Shown piece by piece: positions 25,589-34,017 of a DNA stretch of 64,000 bases; the stretch's first letter is position 1, and each line of letters begins with the position of its first letter. Both the position numbers and the translations under genes were made by a program. Under the pieces are notes generated by a model. It was not told the DNA's origin and ran no database searches. It was given only the letters and a program-made list of their open reading frames with translations. Source of the DNA: a virus. The DNA is taken from the IMG/VR virus record IMGVR_UViG_3300033153_004214, positions 1 through 64,000 of that record. One strand, written 5' to 3'.

Positions 25589-26874
25589 AAGCGCAGCTTG
25601 CCATCCTCACCTGTAACCGGCCAAGTGTTCTTGAACTGTGTTTGCTGAAGCTGGGCCTTACAGATAAGCATAGGGAAGTCTTGGATGTCGTTATCTACGG
25701 AAACGATGCAGCCCTTTCTGGGGAGGCAGTAGCGAACGCATTCAATGTGCGGTTTGTTGATTTTCATGATGAGTACCCTTGGTCTGAAGACCGAATGGTC
25801 TCAGCCCAGATGAGCCTTGGTCGTGCCCGGCAGGATATCGTTCGGAATTTCTGTATTGATGAGAGATTTGGTCCGAATGATTTTCTGGTTATGCTGGATG
25901 ATGACATCATGGTTACTGCTGATACGATCTTGGAGGCCATAGAAGACTTTAAGCTGTTCTCTAAGTCCACGAAGGTTGCTTGTGTGGCGCTACACCCCTT
26001 CAAGAAACGTCTCAGTCGTTCTAGCATCCAGTTAGGGAAGAAGCTCTTCAATTTCTTCGACTATACAGGTGAGTGTGCCATGATTTGGCAGCGGCGTATG
26101 TTTTCCATAGTCGGCAATCACTTTGGGCTTATCGAAGGAGGCCATGGGGACAAGCAATTCGCAAACGCCCGTGAGCACGGTGCCCTACTCACAAGGTTCC
26201 ACCCACCCTACGAAATGCAGCATGTCGGCTTCACGCCCCTCTGCTCATCTCAGGTCTTTGGGCATCTGGAGCGAAGGCCCGGTTGGACTCGACAACCCTT
26301 GAAAGACTACACCGGGACACGTATATTCTTTGAGGATGAACTGACTATTTGGCGATCTCAGGGATTGGAAGCCCTGAAGACTATACTGAAGGAGGGAACG
26401 ATGATAGGGACAGAGAAGGCCGCGCCGATTGAGGATCGTTTCCCCAAGGCGCGGGGAGAAGTGAACATCCAGAAGGTTCGCAAGTCTGACGGCGAGGTTG
26501 TCGAGGATATCACCACTGACAACCTTGTCGTTGACAAGGCGAAGGAGATCATGGCTCACCTGCTCGCTGGAGACGATTCCGACAACTACAAGGTGAGCAA
26601 GATGACCTTTGGGACCAACGATGATCCGCCCACGCCTGAGGACCTCGTGGTCAAGACTCCGATCACCCCCGTGAAGCCTATTGCTTCTGTGGAGTACCCG
26701 AACGACTCTTCGGTGCGATTCATCGTGACGCTGGATCAGGACGAAGCCAATGGATTCCCGATTGCGGAGGCGGGTCTTCAGGCGCAGAACGGTCTCGTCG
26801 CTCGTGTTTCCTTTGGTCCGCTCACGAAGGATAGCGACTTCATCTTCATCTTCCGCTGGACGATATACTGGTAG
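25585..26874 (+). CDS. GT-A fold (GT2-like) glycosyltransferase fused to a C-terminal beta-rich domain of unknown function
   Basis: The N-terminus has AILTCNRPSVLELCL and the DxD motif FLVMLDDDIMV. The C-terminal ~150 aa (..FPIAEAGLQAQNGLVARVSFGPLTKDSDFIFIFRWTIYW) match no enzyme motif I recognise. Confidence 0.55.
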   Translation: MKAQLAILTCNRPSVLELCLLKLGLTDKHREVLDVVIYGNDAALSGEAVANAFNVRFVDFHDEYPWSEDRMVSAQMSLGRARQDIVRNFCIDERFGPNDFLVMLDDDIMVTADTILEAIEDFKLFSKSTKVACVALHPFKKRLSRSSIQLGKKLFNFFDYTGECAMIWQRRMFSIVGNHFGLIEGGHGDKQFANAREHGALLTRFHPPYEMQHVGFTPLCSSQVFGHLERRPGWTRQPLKDYTGTRIFFEDELTIWRSQGLEALKTILKEGTMIGTEKAAPIEDRFPKARGEVNIQKVRKSDGEVVEDITTDNLVVDKAKEIMAHLLAGDDSDNYKVSKMTFGTNDDPPTPEDLVVKTPITPVKPIASVEYPNDSSVRFIVTLDQDEANGFPIAEAGLQAQNGLVARVSFGPLTKDSDFIFIFRWTIYW

Positions 26875-26891
26875 TGCATAGTAGATATATC

Positions 26892-26920
26892 TTGACATAT
26901 CCGGGCATACCGGGTATCAA
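26892..26920 (+). promoter_or_regulatory. Sigma70-type promoter TTGACA-17-TATCAA
   Basis: The context is cTTGACAtatccgggCATACCGGGTATCAA. The CATAC(C)GGG spacer element recurs in the promoters at 37171 and 61312. Confidence 0.4.
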
Positions 26921-26999
26921 GATATATGGGGTAACACTGGTGCGTATCGCGTATGGGCCTATATGGTCACAGGTCGTTTCGGCGTCCACACAAGAGTAC

Positions 27000-28415
27000 A
27001 TGCTCCTTCGCCGCGTCCTCCTGACGCCCGAGGGTGTGTACTTGTTGCGGCCCGATTGGTCCTTCTTGACCGGTCTGGTGGGCCGCATCAAGGCAGCAGG
27101 TATTCCTGTTGAGGGCGAGCCAGTCTTCCCAGACCTGTCATCAGGCATTTACCCTGACATGCTTGAAGGTGTGACACTGAGAGACTATCAGTTGGGGGGT
27201 CTTGGGTTGTTTGCTGGTGTGGGTCGGGGTACTGCAGCGCACGCGACAGGTGCTGGGAAGTCTGAGTTTCTAGCAGCCGTTATGAAGTTGATAGGACCTC
27301 CATCCTTGTGCGTTGTAGATACCACAGCCTCTGCGGGACAGTTGGCGAAGCGATTACAGTCACGAGGCATTGGCTCAGTTCGGCATGTTCATGGGCCGAA
27401 CAAGCGCCTCACTGAGCATAATGTCATGGTTATCAATACCGCCATCAATATGCTGCGGCGGAACACGAAGAACTTCCAGACCTTTCTGCGGGACCTACGA
27501 CTACTATCTTTTGACGAAGTACATCATCTTGGTAACGCACCAACATGGCAGGAGATAGCTCTTTCGTGTTCAGCGCACTATCGACTAGGTCTTAGCGCCA
27601 CTCCCTACGATGACGAACCATCACAAGCTGATATGCTCTTGGACGGTCTGATCGGTCCTGTGTTCGATCATATCCCCTCCAAGGAGCTACGAGATCGAGG
27701 CTACCTGTCAGAGCCATACGCTTTCATCATTCCGGTTGCCCATGGGCAGAGGGTCCCCCGAGGCATTCAGGATTGGAATGAGATCGAAAAGAGGGCTATA
27801 GTTGAGCATGAGTACCGTAACGCTCTGATCACGACTATATGTGCTCGGATTGTTGCCAGCGAACCTACAGCCAAGATATTGGTCTTGGTGCGGCGAATAC
27901 AGCACGGTGAAACACTACTTGATGCGCTGGATGACTGTGGCATCTCCTGTGTCTTTTCATCAGGCGGTAAGCAGGCGAGGTTCCCGGGGCGTGTACTTCA
28001 TCGCATTCCCTATGAGAGCATCTGTGAGAGGTTCGAGGACGGCGACTGGAACGTTTTGATCGGGAGCCGGGTCTATGACGAGTCTCAAGACATTCCGGGC
28101 ATTACAGACCTCGTATTGGGGTCTGCGGGTAAGAAGACACGAAGGTTGTTGCAGCGGCTCGGGCGTGGGGAACGGGTGGCCCCCGGGAAGGACCATGTTC
28201 GAGTTTGGGACTTCTATGATTCACAGCATTGGGCGACACGGAATCAGTCGGTCAAGAGGCGGGACGCGCTGAGAGAGGAGGAGATTCATATCATTTCGAG
28301 TCCCATGTTGATCGAACGTGTACTCACTGGGCAGTGTTCGCCTGCCAGTATCATTGCAGCAATTAGGGGGACGGGAAATGAAGATACGAACGGTCACAGT
28401 GGGGGCGTCTCATAA
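27000..28415 (+). CDS. SF2 DEAD/DEAH-box DNA helicase
   Basis: Contains LRDYQ, Walker A HATGAGKSEF, Walker B LLSFDEVHHLG, LGLSATPYD and motif VI QRLGRGER. The start is uncertain (ATG 27000, GTG 26940 or GTG 26874); a promoter-like site lies inside the longest version. Confidence 0.75.
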   Translation: MLLRRVLLTPEGVYLLRPDWSFLTGLVGRIKAAGIPVEGEPVFPDLSSGIYPDMLEGVTLRDYQLGGLGLFAGVGRGTAAHATGAGKSEFLAAVMKLIGPPSLCVVDTTASAGQLAKRLQSRGIGSVRHVHGPNKRLTEHNVMVINTAINMLRRNTKNFQTFLRDLRLLSFDEVHHLGNAPTWQEIALSCSAHYRLGLSATPYDDEPSQADMLLDGLIGPVFDHIPSKELRDRGYLSEPYAFIIPVAHGQRVPRGIQDWNEIEKRAIVEHEYRNALITTICARIVASEPTAKILVLVRRIQHGETLLDALDDCGISCVFSSGGKQARFPGRVLHRIPYESICERFEDGDWNVLIGSRVYDESQDIPGITDLVLGSAGKKTRRLLQRLGRGERVAPGKDHVRVWDFYDSQHWATRNQSVKRRDALREEEIHIISSPMLIERVLTGQCSPASIIAAIRGTGNEDTNGHSGGVS

Positions 28416-28635
28416 GCTGTCCATACCGGGGCAGTACGAGACGATCAACCCGAGCGTGAGTATCACTGCAGATGTTGGGGAGAATGAAGACCTCAGCACC
28501 GTGGTGGATGAACTCAAGATTCAGGTTGAAGCGGAGTTCTGGAGGCTGGCCTACACTGACTATGCCACCGCACTTCAGCGAGCCGCAGCAGGCACTCAGA
28601 ACTGGCTGGCTGCGAAGTTTCCTCGGCAACCGTAA
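28378..28635 (+). CDS. Small hypothetical protein (85 aa)
   Basis: ATG 28378 follows SD gggggacggga. Its stop overlaps the start of the DnaB-like gene. Confidence 0.4.
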   Translation: MKIRTVTVGASHKLSIPGQYETINPSVSITADVGENEDLSTVVDELKIQVEAEFWRLAYTDYATALQRAAAGTQNWLAAKFPRQP

Positions 28636-31382
28636 TGGAAGGATATCTTCACATGGGTGAGGTTCAGGATAATGCTGTCTATCCGTATGGTTTCGACTTC
28701 CAACACGCCCTGATGGCTATGGCTGTGCAGGACCCGGGGTTCCTCGCAAGCTATGAAGATATCATTGAACCAAGGTACTTTGAGTCTCCAGTCTTACAGA
28801 CGGTCAGTAAGATCATTCTTGGTTACTACAAGTCTTACGCAGAGCCGCCTGCACAGCAGACTTTGAATCAGTTGGTGTACGAACATGTCTCCGGCCTGCC
28901 CGCTAATATGCAGATGCAGATAGATCAGTTCTATCAGTTCGCGGCGAGTCTCTACACAACGGAGATTAGAAACAGTCAGTTTATCAAGGATCGGGCTGTT
29001 AAGTTTGCGCAGCGGCAGGCGTTCAAGCATGCTCTCATTCATGGTATAACCATTCTCAAACGGGATGGTGACATCGAGGACGCTCAAGACCTTGTTGATC
29101 GTGCGATGACCATTGGTATTCGTCGGGATATGGGTGACGATCTTTACGAGGTGATCGAGAGCCTTCCTCACAAGTGGGCGGAGATGGTCGGTGGTGCTGG
29201 GAAAATTCCAACGTGCTTTCCTATCCTGAACGAAGCCACCTATGGTGGGGTGCGTAAGGGTGAACTCTTCATCATTCAAGGCATTCCAAAGTTTGGGAAG
29301 TGTTTAGGTCCTGATGCTCGTGTATGGTCGCCCTACGGTGGTTATACTAGAATGGTTGATTTCCCCTCCCAAGGTTGGTCAGTTGGAGAAGTGGCTAACG
29401 GTACTGATGTGATTCCAATTTTGGCAAAGGCCGCTAACGGCAGAAAGAAAGTGTATGATGTCTATTTGCGTTCAGGCCGGGTGATACGACAAATAACAGG
29501 GAACCATCCTGTGCGTACTTGTGATGGATACACTCCAGTGAGTAAATTATCAAAGGGAGACGCGGTAGCTGCTCCTAATAGATTACCGCTTGAGGTTTCG
29601 CAGGCATGGGAGTACCCGGAGCTTGCTTATGCTTTGGGTGTTTTCTTGGGTGACGGTTGTTTGATGGCAGATAGCTCGATCATAAGTGCTGAAGAGGGTG
29701 TGGATGATGTACCTAATGCAGTGCTGTCAGTTTTGCCTGAAGAGTGGAGCATCGAGGTTAACAGGACAGGTAGCCATGTTCGCTTTGTGAACAAGCTAAG
29801 AAATGGTAAAAGGCCCTGTAGTAGACGTAATTTGCTTACTGAATGGTTGAGATCGTTAGGTGTGTTTGGGATGTCTGCTGCCGCTAAGCGGGTTCCAAAG
29901 ATAGTATGGCAGGGTGGTTGTGATGTTGTTCGCGGGGTGTTGGCTGGGTTGTGGGATACTGATGGTTGGGTGCAGTCAAAGGGAACTGGTTGCGCGGAGT
30001 ACTGTACTGTTTCTGATTACCTAGCGCACGATGTTCTTACGATGTTACACGTTCTTGGTATTTATGCTGTTGTGCGTAGGAATTATGCTGATAACGCTTG
30101 GTTAGTTCGTGTTACTGGGAGAGATAGCCTTAGACAGTTTGGAAAACAAATACGTTTGAGGTACAAGAAGAAGGCGGATAGGTTGCAAGCTATTCTAGCA
30201 AAACCGATTAAGCGATCTACCGAGCGTGGTTCGTACTGGCAACGGTTGCCAGTGCAGTATCGTCGATTTTTGGGGAGTCAGCAGCGGAGTAAATCGTGCC
30301 GGGTATCTAAGGATATGTTCAAGCAGCAGGTAGCTGATTCTTCACAACATAGCTTTGCCTTGTCGGTGTTTTGGGATGAAGTTGTCGATATTAAGCCTGT
30401 TGGTAGGATGCAGACGTATGATCTACAGGCTTCTAAAGAGTCACAATCTTTTGTAACTGAGGGTGTTGTGGTGCATAATTCAACCACTCTAATCAGTTTG
30501 GGTGGTTATGCTATTCGCTGTGGGTACAAAGTCCTTCATGTTACTATCGGTGACCTGAAGCAGTTTGACGTTGAGTTGAAGTACGCTACTTACCTCGCGC
30601 AGCAGAATATCAAGGAAATGATGTACGGTGGTGATGCGTATGCGTTTGCTCGGTTGAAGGATGCTCATATCAAACCGAACCAGCTTCGTATCAAGTACTT
30701 TAGTCCGTACTCGCTCAGCGTCCCCCAGCTTCGATCTTACATTTCTTGGTTGCGGACGAACTCGGGCTTCTTCCCTGATCTGTTGATACTGGACTATCCT
30801 GACAAGATGTACCGGAAGCACGAGGACTCTTACTCGGAGATGGGCAAAATCTACATGGAGATCAAGACCCTTCTCGATGACTTTGATATCGCTTGCTGGG
30901 CGGCGAGCCAGAGTAACAGGGGTGCAGCGGATGCAAAGGTGAATCGAGCCGCCAACGTTGCTGAGTCATGGGACAAGATCGCCAATGCTGACGGAATCAT
31001 TCCGTGTTCTCAAACTGACGAGGAACGAGCACAAGGCAAGGCTCGTCTCTATATTGAGATGGTTCGCTTTGGTATAGACCATTGGACACAGCCTGTTCAT
31101 ATCAATTACGGGATGAGTACAGTCTCCTCCGTGGGCAACATAGATGCCTATACCAATCTACCTGAGCAGTTAAAGGCAAAGGCGGCGGAGTTTTGTAACC
31201 ACTATTCGACGCAGCGAGTGGAGGTGGCAGCGCAACAACACCAGCAGATGCAGGCAGCGCAGGCGAGCCTTCCTGAGGGAACCTATGTTCGGGAGGATGG
31301 TTATTACGGTATGAACCGTTGGGATGGCCAGCGGTACACGAAGTATGTATGGGACGGTCAACAGTGGCACGCTACGAACTAA
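28635..31382 (+). CDS. DnaB/gp41-like replicative helicase, interrupted by an intein in the P-loop
   Basis: The extein Walker A reads IIQGIPKFGK|STTLISLG and Walker B reads LLILDYPD. There is a RecA-like C-terminal domain. ATG 28653 is an alternative start. Confidence 0.8.
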   Translation: MEGYLHMGEVQDNAVYPYGFDFQHALMAMAVQDPGFLASYEDIIEPRYFESPVLQTVSKIILGYYKSYAEPPAQQTLNQLVYEHVSGLPANMQMQIDQFYQFAASLYTTEIRNSQFIKDRAVKFAQRQAFKHALIHGITILKRDGDIEDAQDLVDRAMTIGIRRDMGDDLYEVIESLPHKWAEMVGGAGKIPTCFPILNEATYGGVRKGELFIIQGIPKFGKCLGPDARVWSPYGGYTRMVDFPSQGWSVGEVANGTDVIPILAKAANGRKKVYDVYLRSGRVIRQITGNHPVRTCDGYTPVSKLSKGDAVAAPNRLPLEVSQAWEYPELAYALGVFLGDGCLMADSSIISAEEGVDDVPNAVLSVLPEEWSIEVNRTGSHVRFVNKLRNGKRPCSRRNLLTEWLRSLGVFGMSAAAKRVPKIVWQGGCDVVRGVLAGLWDTDGWVQSKGTGCAEYCTVSDYLAHDVLTMLHVLGIYAVVRRNYADNAWLVRVTGRDSLRQFGKQIRLRYKKKADRLQAILAKPIKRSTERGSYWQRLPVQYRRFLGSQQRSKSCRVSKDMFKQQVADSSQHSFALSVFWDEVVDIKPVGRMQTYDLQASKESQSFVTEGVVVHNSTTLISLGGYAIRCGYKVLHVTIGDLKQFDVELKYATYLAQQNIKEMMYGGDAYAFARLKDAHIKPNQLRIKYFSPYSLSVPQLRSYISWLRTNSGFFPDLLILDYPDKMYRKHEDSYSEMGKIYMEIKTLLDDFDIACWAASQSNRGAADAKVNRAANVAESWDKIANADGIIPCSQTDEERAQGKARLYIEMVRFGIDHWTQPVHINYGMSTVSSVGNIDAYTNLPEQLKAKAAEFCNHYSTQRVEVAAQQHQQMQAAQASLPEGTYVREDGYYGMNRWDGQRYTKYVWDGQQWHATN
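29301..30479 (+). mobile_element. Intein (393 aa, with LAGLIDADG endonuclease) between the K and S of the DnaB-like Walker A motif
   Basis: Starts CLGPDARVWS, has block B ITGNHPV and LAGLIDADG motifs LAYALGVFLGDGCL and VLAGLWDTDGWV, and ends GVVVHN followed by +1 Ser. Confidence 0.85.
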
Positions 31383-32392
31383 GTGATGATCTCAAGGACG
31401 AACTCTTCCAGTTGATTGATGAAGAGTTGGTCTCGCGGCAGGGGCATCCGAAGTCGATAGCTTCTGCTGGGCGTGAGCACGTCTACGACTGTCCTGTTTG
31501 TGGCCATGCGGGTAAACTGACTGTCAACCCTGAGAAGGGAGTCTTCAACTGTTGGTCGTGCGGCGGTGAGAACGGAAACACCCGGGGTGGATTGGTGTGG
31601 CTGGCAAAGCTCATTGATATTGATCCTGACGAACTCATGGGCCAGCTTCTCTCTGATGACGAGATTATGGCACGTCTTCGTGCGCCAACTGTTCAGTCTC
31701 TTGTTGAATCTCCTGTATCCTTGGATCAGATTCTTGTCAGTGATGAGACTATGATTCCGGCACCTCCTAAGTCGGTGGCTCTTGATGTAACTTCTTACGG
31801 GTACCTTCGAAGTCGAAATATCAGTGATGCTGAGATTGTGCATTACAGACTTTTCATGGCGGAGGTGAACGGTGCAAAGCGGATTATGTTTCCCGACTTC
31901 AATGCCCAAGGACAACTTCGATACTGGCAGGGTCGGCTTTATCTTCCACAGCACATGAATCGGAGGGACAAGTATGCGGCTCCAGATCGGGAGTTGGTGC
32001 CCCGAAACTCAAAGATGTTTAATTGGCATAGAGCGATAGCGCACAACTATCCCTATCTCATTCTATGTGAAGGGCCATTGGACGCGATAGCTGCAGGACC
32101 CATGGGGGTAGCTCAGTGGGGTAAGGACTGGACACAAGAGCAGCTTGCTTTGTTGGTTCGAGCTAAGCGAATGGTCTTAGTGGCCTATGACGGTGACGCA
32201 TGGCAGCAGACCCAGAAGATGGCTGCGATTCTTCAGAGCTTCAGGATTGATGCAAGGCCCGTGCCTCTTCCTGTGGGTGAGGACCCACTATCTTACGGAA
32301 GAGTGCGTTTCTACGAGGTGCTAAAAAGTGTCTTAGGGGGCACCCAGAATGACTTGACATTGCTGGAGCGGGCTGTACTATCTATCGAGTAG
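31349..32392 (+). CDS. DNA primase (zinc ribbon + TOPRIM)
   Basis: Contains the zinc ribbon CPVCGHAGKLTVNPEKGVFNCWSCG and the TOPRIM motifs LILCEGPLDAIAAG and VAYDGD. The start ATG 31349 overlaps the helicase 3' end (TTG 31319 is an alternative). Confidence 0.75.
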   Translation: MGRSTVARYELSDDLKDELFQLIDEELVSRQGHPKSIASAGREHVYDCPVCGHAGKLTVNPEKGVFNCWSCGGENGNTRGGLVWLAKLIDIDPDELMGQLLSDDEIMARLRAPTVQSLVESPVSLDQILVSDETMIPAPPKSVALDVTSYGYLRSRNISDAEIVHYRLFMAEVNGAKRIMFPDFNAQGQLRYWQGRLYLPQHMNRRDKYAAPDRELVPRNSKMFNWHRAIAHNYPYLILCEGPLDAIAAGPMGVAQWGKDWTQEQLALLVRAKRMVLVAYDGDAWQQTQKMAAILQSFRIDARPVPLPVGEDPLSYGRVRFYEVLKSVLGGTQNDLTLLERAVLSIE

Positions 32393-32412
32393 ACCGCATA
32401 GTTAAGGAGCTA

Positions 32413-32733
32413 ATGCAGATGGGAACTGGTACGTCGTTTGGGGCGTTCATACGAAGACGGCGAGAGAAACGTGGTTGGACGCAAGCTGAACTTCATCGTC
32501 GCATTTGTGGCAAGACCTCGAAGAGCAATCAGATTAGGACGAGTGAAATTGAGCGTGGGGTTCGACTACCCATGGCTCGGTTCCTCCCGGTTTTTGCCAA
32601 GGTGCTCAAGGTCGATCTCGGTGCGCTTCGCAAGCTCTATCTGTCTGATTGGTTTGACCGAATAGAGAAGCGGGTGGACGCAGACATCGAGCGGGCGCAG
32701 AAGAAGTCTAAGAAATCTCGTAAGCCTAAGTAG
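32413..32733 (+). CDS. XRE-family HTH transcriptional regulator with a Lys-rich tail
   Basis: Contains FGAFIRRRREKRGWTQAELHRRI and the C-terminal KKSKKSRKPK. SD aaggag precedes the start. Confidence 0.7.
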   Translation: MQMGTGTSFGAFIRRRREKRGWTQAELHRRICGKTSKSNQIRTSEIERGVRLPMARFLPVFAKVLKVDLGALRKLYLSDWFDRIEKRVDADIERAQKKSKKSRKPK

Positions 32734-32784
32734 TATTCCGGCCACAAACCTGCCATAGAGTGCTTTAATCCTCTCTTAATTTTT

Positions 32785-32799
32785 TTGCAAAAACTGCAA
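32785..32799. promoter_or_regulatory. Palindromic operator candidate TTGCA-aaaac-TGCAA
   Basis: Perfect 5+5 inverted repeat, 9 nt upstream of the -35 element at 32809. Confidence 0.5.
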
Positions 32800-32808
32800 G
32801 TTTTGTCC

Positions 32809-32837
32809 TTGACTATGCTCATACGAGGATATAAGAT
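32809..32837 (+). promoter_or_regulatory. Sigma70-type promoter TTGACT-17-TAAGAT
   Basis: It lies in the 136-nt gap between 32733 and 32870, in a TTTTGTCCTTGACT context. Confidence 0.6.
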
Positions 32838-32869
32838 ACGCGGGTTGGAAATGAGAGAGGAGTCGTGAA

Positions 32870-33337
32870 ATGTTGAATGTCAGCGATGAAGGCATCCGCG
32901 TCCAGTTCTCCGGCCAGAAGCCCAATGGCAACATCCCGCAGGGTGCTCTTTCTGACCTCTTCGAGTTGCGCCGGGTCAAGGCCATCGTCGGGGAGCGCGA
33001 AGCTGACCTGTGTAAGGCTCTCCGTTCGTACTTCGCTCGGGTGGTCATCACGCAGAAGGGCAAGAAGGTCGTACAGTTCGCGGCTCCTGAGGGTACCATC
33101 GAGGATGGCGCGTTCAACGTGAAGTTGGCGCTCAATGCCTCCCGCAGCTACGACTACAAGGGGAGGCTTCTCGACGCGCTCACAGAGATCGAACTCTTGA
33201 AGTCCGGTGTCCGCAGGACCAAGAAGAACAAGGCTGAAGCTCGGGTGAAGGCTGAAGCGCGGCTCAATGCCGAGAACGCTGCGATCACGCCGACCGAGAA
33301 TGCTCCTAAAGTGCTTGTCACCCACAAGGAGAACTAG
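32870..33337 (+). CDS. Hypothetical protein (155 aa)
   Basis: SD gagagaggag precedes ATG 32870. No motif was recognised. The C-terminus is Lys/Ala-rich and helical. Confidence 0.5.
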   Translation: MLNVSDEGIRVQFSGQKPNGNIPQGALSDLFELRRVKAIVGEREADLCKALRSYFARVVITQKGKKVVQFAAPEGTIEDGAFNVKLALNASRSYDYKGRLLDALTEIELLKSGVRRTKKNKAEARVKAEARLNAENAAITPTENAPKVLVTHKEN

Positions 33338-33468
33338 GGTTCTCCGTGGGCCAGCCGCCCCTGAAGGGGCACAATAGAAGGAGGTGTCGTATGTCTCAGT
33401 TTCCCACCACATGCATATTTGACACCTCCAAGATATTAGGCTACCTTCATATAAGAATGGAGGTGGTT

Positions 33469-33987
33469 ATGTTTGAAATCTGGAAACCTGTGGTGGGGTT
33501 TGAGTCGTGGTATGTTGTTTCGTCCATGGGCCGTGTGAAGCGGATAGCCCCGGGAAAGGGAACTTACCCCGGTCGGATATTGAAGCTCTGCAAAACGAAT
33601 GCTGGTTATCTCAACGTTAGGTTGTGCGCTGGTAGAGGACGGGGTACTACTCAAGATGTTCATCGTTTGGTGTGCGCGGCTTTCATAGGGGCGTGTCCTG
33701 CAGGTGCAGAGGTTAATCATAAGGATGGGATTAAGACGAACAACCAGATTAGCAACCTTGAATATGTTACACGTTCTGTCAATCTGAAACACGCCTGCAG
33801 TATTGGCTTGTCAAATTACCGTGGCGAACGTAACGGCAATGCACGTCTGACAGAGCGTATTGTTAGACTTATCAGGCATGATCTTGCCAAAGGACACTTG
33901 CAGCGGCAGATAGCTGTCAGATATGGCATAGATCAATCTACCGTATCCCAGATTAAAACCCAGAAGAGGTGGTCACATGTCTCTTGA
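33469..33987 (+). CDS. HNH homing endonuclease (NUMOD4-like N-terminus, C-terminal HTH)
   Basis: Contains WKPVVGFESWYVVSSMGRVKRI, VHRLVCAAFIG..EVNHKDGIKTNNQISNLEYVT and the C-terminal IAVRYGIDQSTVSQIK. SD ggaggtgg precedes ATG 33469. Confidence 0.8.
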   Translation: MFEIWKPVVGFESWYVVSSMGRVKRIAPGKGTYPGRILKLCKTNAGYLNVRLCAGRGRGTTQDVHRLVCAAFIGACPAGAEVNHKDGIKTNNQISNLEYVTRSVNLKHACSIGLSNYRGERNGNARLTERIVRLIRHDLAKGHLQRQIAVRYGIDQSTVSQIKTQKRWSHVS

Positions 33988-34017
33988 CGGTGCTGGCCAC
34001 AGAGAAAGGAGTTCGTT

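Noticed and set aside
26874-26999. 5' extension of the helicase ORF, starting at GTG 26874 and overlapping the upstream stop.
   Set aside because: The extension contains a promoter-like TTGACA-17-TATCAA of the same family as five others, and it encodes no recognisable helicase sequence. The start is placed downstream and remains uncertain.
33419-33455. TTGACA upstream of the first HNH gene as a promoter.
   Set aside because: The only good -10-like hexamer (TATAAG) is 25 nt away, so nothing lies at functional spacing.
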